Shown here: positions 1 through 9,729 of the stretch, one piece after another
Numbering within the stretch: position 1 is the first letter of the stretch
How the letters are laid out: each line of letters opens with the position of its first letter
Source of the DNA: Mustelus asterias
Lineage: Eukaryota
DNA length: 64,000 nucleotides
Assembly (NCBI RefSeq): GCF_964213995.1
Contig: NC_135819.1
Span: 44,454,001-44,518,000 of the forward strand
Reading direction: 5' to 3'
Notes under the pieces: model-generated
Database searches by the model: none
Told to the model about the DNA's origin: nothing
The model's input: only the letters and a program-made list of their open reading frames with translations
Translations under genes and position numbers: made by a program

Positions 1-585
1 GCTGATACTGGAGCAACTCCTCCCAAGGCTCCAACATGATCTTAACAGAGTATACAGGGTCAATGGAAGGGTCTACCATTTAAGCATTTATGCTGTGGAC
101 CTGCACTACATTATTCAGTCACACGTCATGTTACTGCTACTATTCATTATGAATAGGGAGTAAACAGTTGATCATGTCGAGCTAGGCACCAGTCACTTTC
201 TTGATGTGAGTGTGTCCGCAGTATATTAGTTATAATGCAAAAGAAATTTTAGTCCAAAAAGAGGAGATGGTTCAGGTAAGAGTTAAATAGCATGTGAAAC
301 AATGCCGGACAAATAGTTGAAAATACACTAATCATCTTATTGCTATCCACTTCTCTAATTGATGTATTAGCCCATGTATTTGATATGGACCAATGACTCG
401 ATTAAAATGACAGACATTGTCTTATGAATCAGTGCATCTTTTGGGCAGACTATTACTACAATAATTTCTAATTTGGATCTACTATTGCTTTATCAGCTTG
501 ATGCATTATCTGTGTCGGATGTAGGATTTTCACTCATATAGGGCAAGTTTGTTCAAAGTGTTTTTGTTCTAAAAGAGATGTGTAT

Positions 586-940
586 TTTATTTATTCATTC
601 ATGGGACATGGGCGTTGCTGGCTGGCCAGCATTTATTACCCATCCCTGACTGCCTGAGGACAATTGAGAGTCAACCACTTTGCTGTGGCTCTGGAGTCAC
701 ATGTCGACCAGACCAGGTAAGGACGGCAGATGACCTTCCTTAAAGGACATGAATGAACCAGATGGATTTTTACGACAGTCGACAATGGTTTCGTGGTCAT
801 CGGTAGATTCTTAATTCCAGATATTTTTTATTGAATCCAAATTTCACCATCTGCCTTGGCGGGATTCGAACCCTGGTCCCCAGAACATTCTAGCTGAGTT
901 TCTGGATTGATAGTCTAGTGATAATAGGCCATCATCCCCT
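586..940 (-). mobile_element. tRNA-derived SINE, SacSINE1/Deu-domain-like (also ~12699-13053, 26871-27225, 41047-41401, 55220-55574)
   Basis: Minus strand shows B box gggttcgaatcccg, central ccttacctggtctgg..acatgtgactccag, and LINE-derived tail gggtaataaatgctggccagccagc..catgaatgaataaataaaa; family name from recall. Confidence 0.75.
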
Positions 941-963
941 TTACACGCAAATATCATATTTAC

Positions 964-1323
964 CAGGAGTGGTGGTTGTAGAGGTGGTTTCAGGCAGATA
1001 GGTTGTTGTCCGTTGTGTTGTGGTTTGTGGCTCACAGCAAACACGGATTTGATAATCATAACAAAACTTCCTGTCCAGCGAAGCACTTTCGCTGTAAACA
1101 CAGACAAGTCCTGTGTCTTTGTCACAGGTCACATTGTCCGTCGATTCACTTATTGGCCTCTCCGGGTAATCAGCAAATTGACATTGGATTTTATTAATTG
1201 CATCAGAAGAGGAAGGGCACAGTTCATCGCGCATGGAATCCAATAACTCAGAATCGCCTGGGCTGTCCTCAGAAGGCGTCTGATCATTAATCCAAGGAGA
1301 CCATTCACCGTTACATTGCTCCT
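964..1323 (-). CDS. CysD (Mucin2_WxxW) domain exon plus short PTS tail, copy 1
   Basis: ttattttgcag|AGGAG...ACTCCTG|gtaaat; 360 nt; (E)EQCNGEWSPWINDQTPSEDSPGDSELLDSMRDELC...IQC...VTCDKDTGLVC...FCYDYQIRVCCEPQTTTQRTTTYLPETTSTTTTP. WxxW, GDxE, GLxC and CxDY..RVCC are CysD hallmarks. Confidence 0.92.
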
Positions 1324-1443
1324 CTGCAAAATAAGAAGTCTGGGCTTACTGAACCTGCCTTTAAACAAGTTAATTAACAAGAAATACAAAGATTAAAATG
1401 GCACAGCAACCTCTCTCAATTTGACGCCATATTCTTTCAACGT

Positions 1444-2940
1444 CATACAGCATAGAAACAGGCCCTTCAGCCCATCATGTCTATGTCAACCATCAAATAC
1501 CAATCAAAATCATCCCATTTACCAGTCCTTGGTCATTAGTCTACTGTGCATTCAAGATTTAAGTGCTTGTCCAGATGTTTCTTAAATGTTGCAAGGGTAT
1601 CTGCCTCCATCACCCTCTCGGGCAGCGCATTCCATATTTCCATCGCCCTCTGGGTGAATCATCCCCCTCTAAACCACTTACTCCTCACCTTAAACCTATG
1701 CCCTCTGGTCTTAGACTCCTCTGCCATAACTAAAAGATTCTGAAGATCTATCCTTGCTATGCCTCTCATTATTTTATATACCTCTATCAGATCCCCCTTC
1801 AGTCTCCACTGCTCCAGGGAAAACAAACCCAGCCTATCCAGTCTCTCCTCATAGCTGAAACTTTCCATCCCTGGCAACATCCTGGTGAATCTCCTCTGCG
1901 CCCTCTCCACTGCAATCACGTTCTTCGACATTGTGACGTCCAGAACTGCACACAATATTCCATCTGTGGCCTAACCAATGTTTTATAAAGTTGTACCAAC
2001 TCCTCCCTGCTCCGATAGTCTATGCGCCGGCTAATGAAGGCAAACATTCTGTATGCCTTCTTCACCATCTTATCTACCTGCGCTGCGACCTTCAGCGTTC
2101 TATGAATTTGTACATCAAAGTCCCTTTGTTCCTCAATACTCCCTAGGGACCTACCATTCATTGTGTATATTCCACCCTTATTGGACCTCCCAAAATGCAT
2201 CACCTCACACTTATCAGGATTAAATTCCATCTGCCATTGCTCTGCCCAATTTACCAGCTGATCTATATCAGTCTGTAGTCTTAGACTATCCTCCTCGCTA
2301 TCAACAACACCACCAATTTTCATGTCATCTGCAAACTTACTAATTATACCTATTACATTCCAATCCTGCACGGTGGCACAGTGGTTAGCACTGCTGCCTC
2401 ACAGCGCCAGGGACCCAGGTTCAATTCCGGCCTTGGGTCATTGTCTGTGCAGAGTCTGCATGTTCTCCCCGTGTCTGCTTGGGTTTCCTCCGGGTGCTCC
2501 AGTTTCCTTCCACAGTCCGAAAGAGGTGCTGGTTAGGTGCCTTGGCCATGCTAAATTCTCCCTCAGTGTACCCGAACAGGCGCCGGAGTGTGGCGACTAG
2601 GGGATATCCACAGTAACTTTGTAGTGTTTATTAGTGTCACAAGTAAGCCTACTTGTGACACTAACAAATAAATTTTAATAAACTTTATTCAAGTCATTAA
2701 TGTATATAACAAACATCAAGGGTCCCAGCACTGATCCCTGTGGTACACCACTGGTCACAGGTTTCCAATCACAAAAGCAACCCTCCTCCATCACTTTTGG
2801 CTCCTATTAACAAGTTAATTTTGGATCCAATTGGCAACTAACCTTGGATCCCATGGGCTCCAACCTTTTGGACCAACCTTCCCCGTGGGACCTCACTGAA
2901 GTCCATGTAAACCATATCAACTGTGCTACTTTCCTGAACA
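1444..2940 (-). mobile_element. Decayed CR1-type LINE, RT and 3' end, interrupted by a SINE (also ~13557-15053, 27729-29225, 41905-43401, 56078-58053)
   Basis: Frameshifted ORFs with SKFADD, LQTDIDQL..W, YKTLVRPQMEYCVQFW, QRRFTRMLPG, TRGH; VDMVYMDF near 2900-2925. Confidence 0.92.
2368..2686 (+). mobile_element. tRNA-derived V-SINE/HE1-related SINE nested in CR1 (also ~14481-14799, 28653-28971, 42829-43147, 57481-57799)
   Basis: A box ggtggcacagtggttag, B box ggttcaattcc, V-core gcatgttctccccgtgtctgc..gggtttcctccgggtgctcc. Confidence 0.85.
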
Positions 2941-3630
2941 GTTGCAGTCCATGTATCCATTCAGTCTCACATTGCAGTTAAGAAGAGTGGTTTTAGGATG
3001 TTGACCCCGTGATAGTGAAGGAATGGTGATATAGTTCCGAATTAGGGTGTGCAGTTGACATTCACTGGGAATAGTGCTTCAGATAACTTATTACATTCCA
3101 GCTCCACAATTTCATCGCAATGATGCAAAGACGACCAATCCAGTACAACACTGTTCATCTAAGCACTAAGGTGCTTTCCATGTTCATATTCCTACTTCAG
3201 AAATCAATGGGTTAATTTTCATTTACGTGCGAGAGAGAGAAAGAGCGGGGAAATGAAATTCCAGGGAAGAATTTGAGAGTCTATTGAGAGAATTCTTTTC
3301 CTGGTTTGAAACAGAAACCACCCCGATATTTGATAACTGCAGAATTGCTATTTAATAGGAATGTATAATACAATGCCCCCACGTTGCTTGGGCTGCACAT
3401 AGGATTTGTACCCTGTTCTGCTAAACATGATGCGAGGAACATAATTTCCTAAAATTGAACCAAAAATTTACAAAATAAGGAACAGCTTTGCAAACATTTT
3501 CAAAGCAAACCAATTTGAAGTAGAAAATTCAAAGCCACATTTATAAAATAATAAAACAGACCACATAAAGTTAGAATCGAATCCATTCTGAAATAGACTT
3601 AGCACAAGATATAAAATCGCTGCCAATTAC

Positions 3631-3690
3631 CGGTTGTGGTGCTGCTGGTGGGCACGGTTGAAGTTGTTGTCACAATCGGGGTTGTAGTTT
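3631..3690 (-). CDS. PTS micro-exon A, (E)TTTPIVTTTSTVPTSSTTT, copy 1
   Basis: tttttctcctctgcag|AAACT...ACAACCG|gtaatt; 60 nt, phase 1-1. Confidence 0.85.
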
Positions 3691-3911
3691 CTGCAGAGGA
3701 GAAAAATATTTCAACAGTGCACACTGAGGATTATAAACTTACCTTTCTATTGCATGTAGCTAAGCACAAAATTTCTAAAAATTACACCTATTCAATTGTA
3801 TACTCAGTACACTCAATAAACTTAGCGTGGAGAGAATAGAACTACTTAATAACCCACATTCATACACTAATTGCACAAGTGAACAGTTGATGGAATTGTC
3901 ACATTGATTTG

Positions 3912-4110
3912 CTACAGTGCAGAAAGAGGCCATTCAGCCCATCGAGTCTGCGCCGACCACAATCCCACCCAGATCCTATTCCCATAACCCGACATTTTTA
4001 CCCTGCTAATCTCCTGGCACTAAGGGGCAATTGAGCATGGCCAATGCACCTAACCCGCACATCTTTGGACTGGAGGAGGAAACTGGAGCACCCAGAGGAA
4101 ACCCACACAC
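3912..4110 (-). mobile_element. 5'-truncated HE1-like SINE (also ~16025-16223, 30199-30397, 44375-44573, 59027-59225)
   Basis: Reverse complement matches the V-core and CR1-like tail of the 10856-11174 element. Confidence 0.8.
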
Positions 4111-5077
4111 TATTTCAGACAAGCAGTCCTTGAACTTATGACACAACTTGTTCCTGAAAACTATGTCATGTCAAAACATCATAAGTGTGAACTGATTTTC
4201 ACGTAGGTACACAATGATAAAAACAATCAACTGGTTCATGACCACATGTCAATGTTCATCCTTCAGGATTATTTGTGCATCCATGTATTGGTCTCAGGTA
4301 GTTGGAAACTTCTTGTCTGAAGCTATTTGTCAGCCAACAGGTCACTGCAGGAGATTTGACCACATGAATACACTCGCAGATGAGCCTCACATATTTACTG
4401 CGCTCTCACTGAAAGTGTCTGCCTAAACAAGACACACAAAACCAAGACAGACAGCACTGCCTCTCCCACTCTCCGTCCACCCATCGTCCTGTCCGTCTCT
4501 GGCCCCATGTCTCCGCACTGTGGGGTCACATTTTTCCAGGAAAATCGGACAGCGGTTTCACCGATTCCACAGACTTGTTCAGGTTCTGCGACTGAATAAT
4601 ATACAAGGCAGGTGGCATAGAGCATTGTATTGTCGAAGCCAGCATCGTAAAGCCGAAACAACATGCAGATTTATAAATATCCTAAGTGCCATTCATTTTA
4701 ATTCGAACATCGAGGGATGCTTGTCGGGATATATTTGATAATATACACTTCTTGTTTGAAGCTTCGACACTGGGGACATATATCAGTTTATGCAAGTGGA
4801 TGCACCCTGCAGGATTTTACCACAACTGGTACCAAATCCCTAACATACATCTTATTTCCACTAAACAATAAATTAGGAGCCCCATCTCTTAAAAGCTGCG
4901 TAAACATTACCAGAAAACAAAAATAATACATTTTCAAACCAAATAATTAGAATGGAATATCTGTGGTAAAAAGGTGAAAGTTTTATTTCATTACGTATTC
5001 AGTGACAGGCCACATGGAGTTAGAAAATAATCCATTTGTGGAAACCGTCTTGATGCAAGTTATTAAACGGCACTTAC

Positions 5078-5143
5078 CCACTTTGGGGGTGGGGGTGGTG
5101 GTGGATGCAGTTGAAGTCGTTGTTTCAATGAGTGATGTAGTTT
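5078..5143 (-). CDS. PTS micro-exon B, (E)TTSLIETTTSTASTTTPTPKV, copy 1
   Basis: tttttcacttctgtag|AAACT...AAAGTGG|gtaagt; 66 nt, phase 1-1. Confidence 0.85.
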
Positions 5144-5374
5144 CTACAGAAGTGAAAAATATTTCAAACCATTACACTGAGACTCATCTGTACCAGATTT
5201 ATATAGACTTACTTTTCTGCTGCAGGTAGATAAGCATAAAGTTCCTGAAGATTATAGCTATTCTCTTTATCTTAGCGTACCCAATAAATGTACTTAGTGG
5301 AGACTGAATAGAACTATTTAATGAACCATATTCAATATTCTATTTAGTGTAAGAGTTTCCGGAATTGTTACACG

Positions 5375-5600
5375 GATTTGATTTCTGATTTGATTTATTC
5401 TTGTCACATGTATTAGCATACAGTGAAGAGTATTGTTTCTTCCGTGCTAGACAGACAAAGCATACCGTTCATAGAGTACATAGTAGAGAAGGAAAGGAGA
5501 GGGTGCTGAATGTAATGTTACAGTCATATGTAGAGTGTAGAAAAAGATCAGCTTAATGCAAGATAGGTCCATTCAAAAGTCTGATGGCAGCAGGGAAGAA
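5375..5600 (-). mobile_element. 3' end of a LINE, possibly Rex/Babar or L2 group (repeated in each copy)
   Basis: Minus strand ends cactgtatgctaatacatgtgacaagaataaatcaaatcagaaatcaaatc, a short-repeat tail; family by recall only. Confidence 0.55.
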
Positions 5601-5669
5601 ACATTCAAAAATAATTAATTTGTGGAGGTAGATTTGGTGCAATTTAATTCAAAAACTGCTGTCACTTAC

Positions 5670-5729
5670 CAGGCATGTAACTGGTGGTGGAGGTAGTTTT
5701 AATCATTGTCCACGTTAGTGGTACAGTTT
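5670..5729 (-). CDS. PTS micro-exon C, (E)TVPLTWTMIKTTSTTSYMP, copy 1
   Basis: tttttcttgcgacatag|AAACT...ATGCCTG|gtaagt; 60 nt, phase 1-1; weaker acceptor and more diverged peptide. Confidence 0.7.
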
Positions 5730-5937
5730 CTATGTCGCAAGAAAAATATTGCTACACCACTCAGTGAGCCTTGCCTGTACCAGGTTTGAAAACATACTTT
5801 CCTGCTGCCCGCAGCCAAGCACCCAAATTTCAAACTTCTAGACACTTTGGTCGGGATTCTCTGATCTCATTCCCCCGCCCACCGCCCGCCCACCGCCCGC
5901 CCACCCCCCACCGCTGTCAGCAAGAACAGACAATTTC

Positions 5938-6374
5938 TGTCGTATGGAGAACGGCTGAGGACTCTGGGTCTGTACTTGTTGGAGTTTAGAAGGATGAAGG
6001 GGCAATCCTATTGAAACTTACAGGATACTGCGTGGTTTGGATAGGATGGACGTGGAGAGGATGTTTCCACTAGTAGGAAAAACTAGAACCAGAGGGCACA
6101 ACCTCAGGCTAAAGGGACGATCCTTTAAAGCAGAGAGGAGGAATTTCTTCAGCCAGAGAGTGGTGAACCTGTTGAACTCGTTGCCACAGAAGGCTGTGGA
6201 GGTCATTGAGTGTCTTTAAGACAGAGATAGATAGGTTCTTGATTAATAAGGGGATCAAGGATTATGGGGAAAAGGCAGATGAATGGGGATGAGAAAACTA
6301 TCAGCCATGATTGAATGGCGGAGCAGACTCAATGGGCCGAGTGGCCTAATTCTGCTCCTATGTCTTATGGTCTA
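5938..6374 (+). mobile_element. 5'-truncated CR1 LINE 3' end (also ~18051-18487, 32227-32663, 46401-46837, 61053-61489)
   Basis: LSYGERLRTLGLY, TRTRGHNL, RRNFFSQRVVNL; tail ctcctatgtcttatggtcta. Confidence 0.9.
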
Positions 6375-6559
6375 ATGGTGCTCAGCCGAAACTCCATTCA
6401 CTGCAGCGAGACCGGAAAATCCCAGCCATGAGCAAAGTAGGAGAATTCTGGCCTTCATCTCAGTCTCGATCACAAAATTATTTCATCAGTTAATCCACAA
6501 GGCAAAATAATTTGTCAAACCTAATTTGGTAGCCCATTCCACTTAGCGCTGGCCAAAGC

Positions 6560-6711
6560 TTTCTGGCCCTTCCCGTTGCGGAATCTTCTGGGATCCCACT
6601 AACGTCTACGGTACTTTGTGTGGCTTGCTTGTCCCGCTGTTGAGGAATCTGCCCGGTGGGAGGTTGCCATTGGCAGAACTGGAAGAACCTGCTGGCAGGA
6701 ACGGCCAGAAT
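6560..6711. mobile_element. Decayed MITE-like element with imperfect terminal inverted repeats (repeated in each copy)
   Basis: tttctggcccttcc ... ggaacggccagaat (12/14 complementary). Confidence 0.45.
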
Positions 6712-6910
6712 CCCAGAATTCCTGTCTTTGTCCAATGTTCTGATTGCCCACTGGGTTGATTTGCTGGGCAGATCACACAAAGGCATGAGAGGCACATGCA
6801 GAACTGGAGTGTACGTCATGGGCATGGCTGCCAACACTGGATGACAGCAGCAGTGGGTGCAGGGAGATGGTGGAGTAAGAAGGTAAAGAGAGCCCAGCTC
6901 TCTAGACGGA

Positions 6911-7303
6911 CACACGAGGACGGCCTCAACCGGGATATTGGGTTCATGTCACACTATTTGTAACTCCCACAGTTGCGTGGACCTGCAGAGTTTCACTGGC
7001 TGTCTTGTCTGGAGACAATACACATCTTTTTAGCCTGTCTTGATGCTCTCTCCACTCCCATTGTTTTGTTTCTTAAAGACTTGATTAGTTGTAAGTATTC
7101 GCATTCCAACCATTATTCATGTAAATTGAGTCTGTGTCTTTATAAGCTCTGTTTGTGAACAGAATTCCCACTCACCTGAAGAAGGGGCTTGCAGCTCCGA
7201 AAGCTTGTGTGGCTTTTGCTACCAAATAAACCTGTTGGACTTTAACCTGGTGTTGTTAAACTTACTGTGTTTACCCCAGTCCAACGCCGGCATCTCCACA
7301 TCA
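6911..7303 (+). mobile_element. Penelope-like element 3' fragment with 8-bp TSD (also 19024-19416, 33200-33592, 47374-47766, 62026-62418)
   Basis: Encodes ...HEDGLNRDIGFMSHYL* (PLE GIY-YIG C-terminal GLN motif), contains hammerhead core and aataaa; tagacgga at 6903-6910 and 7304-7311. Confidence 0.85.
7168..7212 (+). ncRNA. Minimal type I hammerhead ribozyme motif, copy 1
   Basis: cac-CTGAAGA-a-ggggct(tgc)agctcc-GAAA-gctt-gtg: core boxes, 6-bp stem II, palindromic aagctt stem III, stem I cac/gtg plus cca/tgg. Confidence 0.7.
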
Positions 7304-7958
7304 TAGACGGATCAGGACAGGAAGGATGGTATGTGGGGAGTGGCATGAGATGGGGGAATCATATGGGAGGAGGGGAGAGAACAGGAGGGGATAGCGTGAA
7401 AATAAAAAGGGATAGCATGGGAAGTTTGCGATTGGGAACAAGGTGGCATGGATGCAGAAGACATAGAAAGAAGGGCTAGATTGGCTGAGAATGATAGGAA
7501 TGAAAGAAATGGGATGGGTATGGATATGAGAGGGTTGGCCTGGGAAGGATGGAATGTGGCTGGTAATGGCACAGGAAAGTACTGTGGGAAATGGGAAAGG
7601 TACACCATGGTAGGAGTCACATGAGAAGAATGGAAAGGTCTGGGATAACATACCAAGTGACAGTAAAAATTTCACCACAAAGGCTTTGTTGGTCCATATC
7701 ATAATACGGTGGATGTTATAATAAATACATCCTTCTCACTTGGGAGCTTCGCATGCAGTGGAGAAATATGAGAATGAAAGGGCATGGCAGTTGATGCATG
7801 TTAGAAATTATCTATTATTATCTATCATTCCACGAACTGTTATGTCAGGAGTACAACTTCCTACAAGCTGCATTCAAATTTACAACTTAACGACCAGAGA
7901 AACAAATGTTTTCAAAGCAAACAATTAAAAGGATAATGTGAGGTAGAAAATGAAAGTT

Positions 7959-8841
7959 GAGGAGGTGGGGAGGCTGCAGAAAGATTTAGACAGTTTAGGA
8001 GAGTGGTCCAAGAAGTGGCTGATGAAATTCAACGTGGGCAAGTGCGAGGTCGTGCACTTTGGAAAAAAGAATAGAGGCATGGACTATTTTCTAAACGGTG
8101 ACAAAATTCATAATGCTAAAGTGCAAAGGGACTTGGGAGTCCTAGTCCAGGATTCTCTAAAGGTAAACTTGCAGGTTGAGTCCGTAATTAAGAAAGCAAA
8201 TGTAATGTTGTCATTTATCTCAAGAGGCTTGGAATACAAAAGCAGGGATGTACTTCTGAGGCTTTATAAAGCACTGGTTAGGCCCCATTTGGAGTACTGT
8301 GAGCAATTTTGGGCCCCACACCTCAGGAAGGACATACTGGCACTGGAGCGGGTCCAGCGGAGATTCACACGGATGATCCCAGGAATGGTAGGCCTGACAT
8401 ACGATGAACGTCTGAGGATTGTGGGATTATATTCATTGGAGTTTAGGAGGTTGAGGGGAGATCTGATAGAGACTTACAAGATAATGAACGGCTTAGATAG
8501 GATGGACGTAGGGAAGTTGTTTCCATTAGCAGGGGAGACTAGGACGCGGGGGCACAGCCTTAGAATAAAAGGGAGTCACTTTAGAACAGAGATGAGGAGA
8601 AATTTCTTCAGCCAGAGAGTGGTAGGTCTGTGGAATTCATTGCCACAGAGGGCTGTGGAGGCCGAGACGTTGAGCGTCTTCAAGACAGAAATTGATAAAT
8701 TCTTGATTTCTCGAGGAATTAAGGGCTATGGGGAGAGAGCGGGTAAATGGAGTTGAAATCAACCATGATTGAATGGTGAAGTGGACTCGATGGGCCGAAT
8801 GGCCTTACTTCCGCTCCTATGTCTTATGGTCTTATCTTGTG
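7959..8841 (+). mobile_element. Young 5'-truncated CR1 LINE with uninterrupted C-terminal RT frame, copy 1
   Basis: ORF 7950-8756: LQKDLDSL..W, RDLGVLV, YKALVRPHLEYC, QRRFTRMIPG, TRGHS, FFSQRVV; tail tcctatgtcttatggtcttat. Confidence 0.95.
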
Positions 8842-8922
8842 GTTATATTTGTTAATGAGTCAGTGATAGACCACACAGAGATGGACAGACTTGCAGCAGG
8901 GTGTACAACCATTGCTGCTTAC

Positions 8923-8982
8923 CAGGTATGTATTTGGTGGTGGATGTGGTTGTTGTCACTGTCTCAGGTTTTGATGTCGTTT
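8923..8982 (-). CDS. PTS micro-exon D, (E)TTSKPETVTTTTSTTKYIP, copy 1
   Basis: ttttctgcttcatag|AAACG...ATACCTG|gtaagc; 60 nt, phase 1-1. Confidence 0.85.
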
Positions 8983-9063
8983 CTATGAAGCAGAAAACAT
9001 TCAACCTGTGAAACTGCTCTGAGTCTCAGATTCTGCTGCATGTAGCTACGTACAGACATTGAA

Positions 9064-9263
9064 NNNNNNNNNNNNNNNNNNNNNNNNNNNNNNNNNNNNN
9101 NNNNNNNNNNNNNNNNNNNNNNNNNNNNNNNNNNNNNNNNNNNNNNNNNNNNNNNNNNNNNNNNNNNNNNNNNNNNNNNNNNNNNNNNNNNNNNNNNNNN
9201 NNNNNNNNNNNNNNNNNNNNNNNNNNNNNNNNNNNNNNNNNNNNNNNNNNNNNNNNNNNNNNN
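9064..9263. other. Assembly gap (200 N)
   Basis: Run of N; flanks correspond to 21177 and 23435 in copy 2. Confidence 0.99.
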
Positions 9264-9729
9264 AACCGCTCTGAGTCTCAGATTCTGCTGCATGTCGCTA
9301 CGCACAGAAGTTGCAAAAAATGAATCCATTCACTTTTCTCTTTACTTAACAAAATTATTTTAGCAAATAGGCAATATAATTAATTAATAGCTCTTCAGCC
9401 AGGACATCAATTTTTCAAGGTAAGATTTGCTGGCGTTTGTCACATAGAATGGAGTTCCTGTCAATATTAGTTTTCAATGGACAGTGCAAACCTCTTAGAA
9501 TAGACAGATGCACATCGACTTGAATTCTCCACATTAACAGCGGCTCTGACTGTTTCACTTCCCAGAGTCCTCCAGCTCGAAGCTGACCTGACAATGTAGT
9601 GTCAGTGGAAGGTCCTAACATTGAAATATTGTCCTGGCAACCTGCACCATCATATCCAGATTCATACATAATGCCGTTTCTATTCAACACAGAGCGTGAA
9701 CTGCAGTCCCTGTCTCTCTTGCTAGACGA

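Noticed and set aside
941-1243. 100-aa ORF as a stand-alone gene
   Set aside because: It is part of an internal exon (964-1323): the TTG start is internal, the WxxW motif lies upstream, and the KYDICV end is intron read-through.
2368-2435. tRNA genes (also ~850-940 and ~10856-10925)
   Set aside because: A/B boxes continue into SINE cores and LINE-derived tails, with no complete cloverleaf.
3636-5229. Val-rich plus-strand ORFs at 3636 and 5002 as membrane peptides
   Set aside because: They are antisense shadows of the Thr-rich exons A and B.
7312-7702. Pro/Ser/Phe-rich minus-strand ORFs (114 and 133 aa) as mucin exons
   Set aside because: Purine-rich low-complexity DNA; peptides are not Thr-rich, have non-ATG starts, and I found no matching splice pattern.
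7950-8756. 268-aa ORF as a domesticated RT gene
   Set aside because: 5'-truncated CR1 lacking the catalytic motif, with a normal CR1 3' UTR and tail; conservation across copies is explained by recent duplication.
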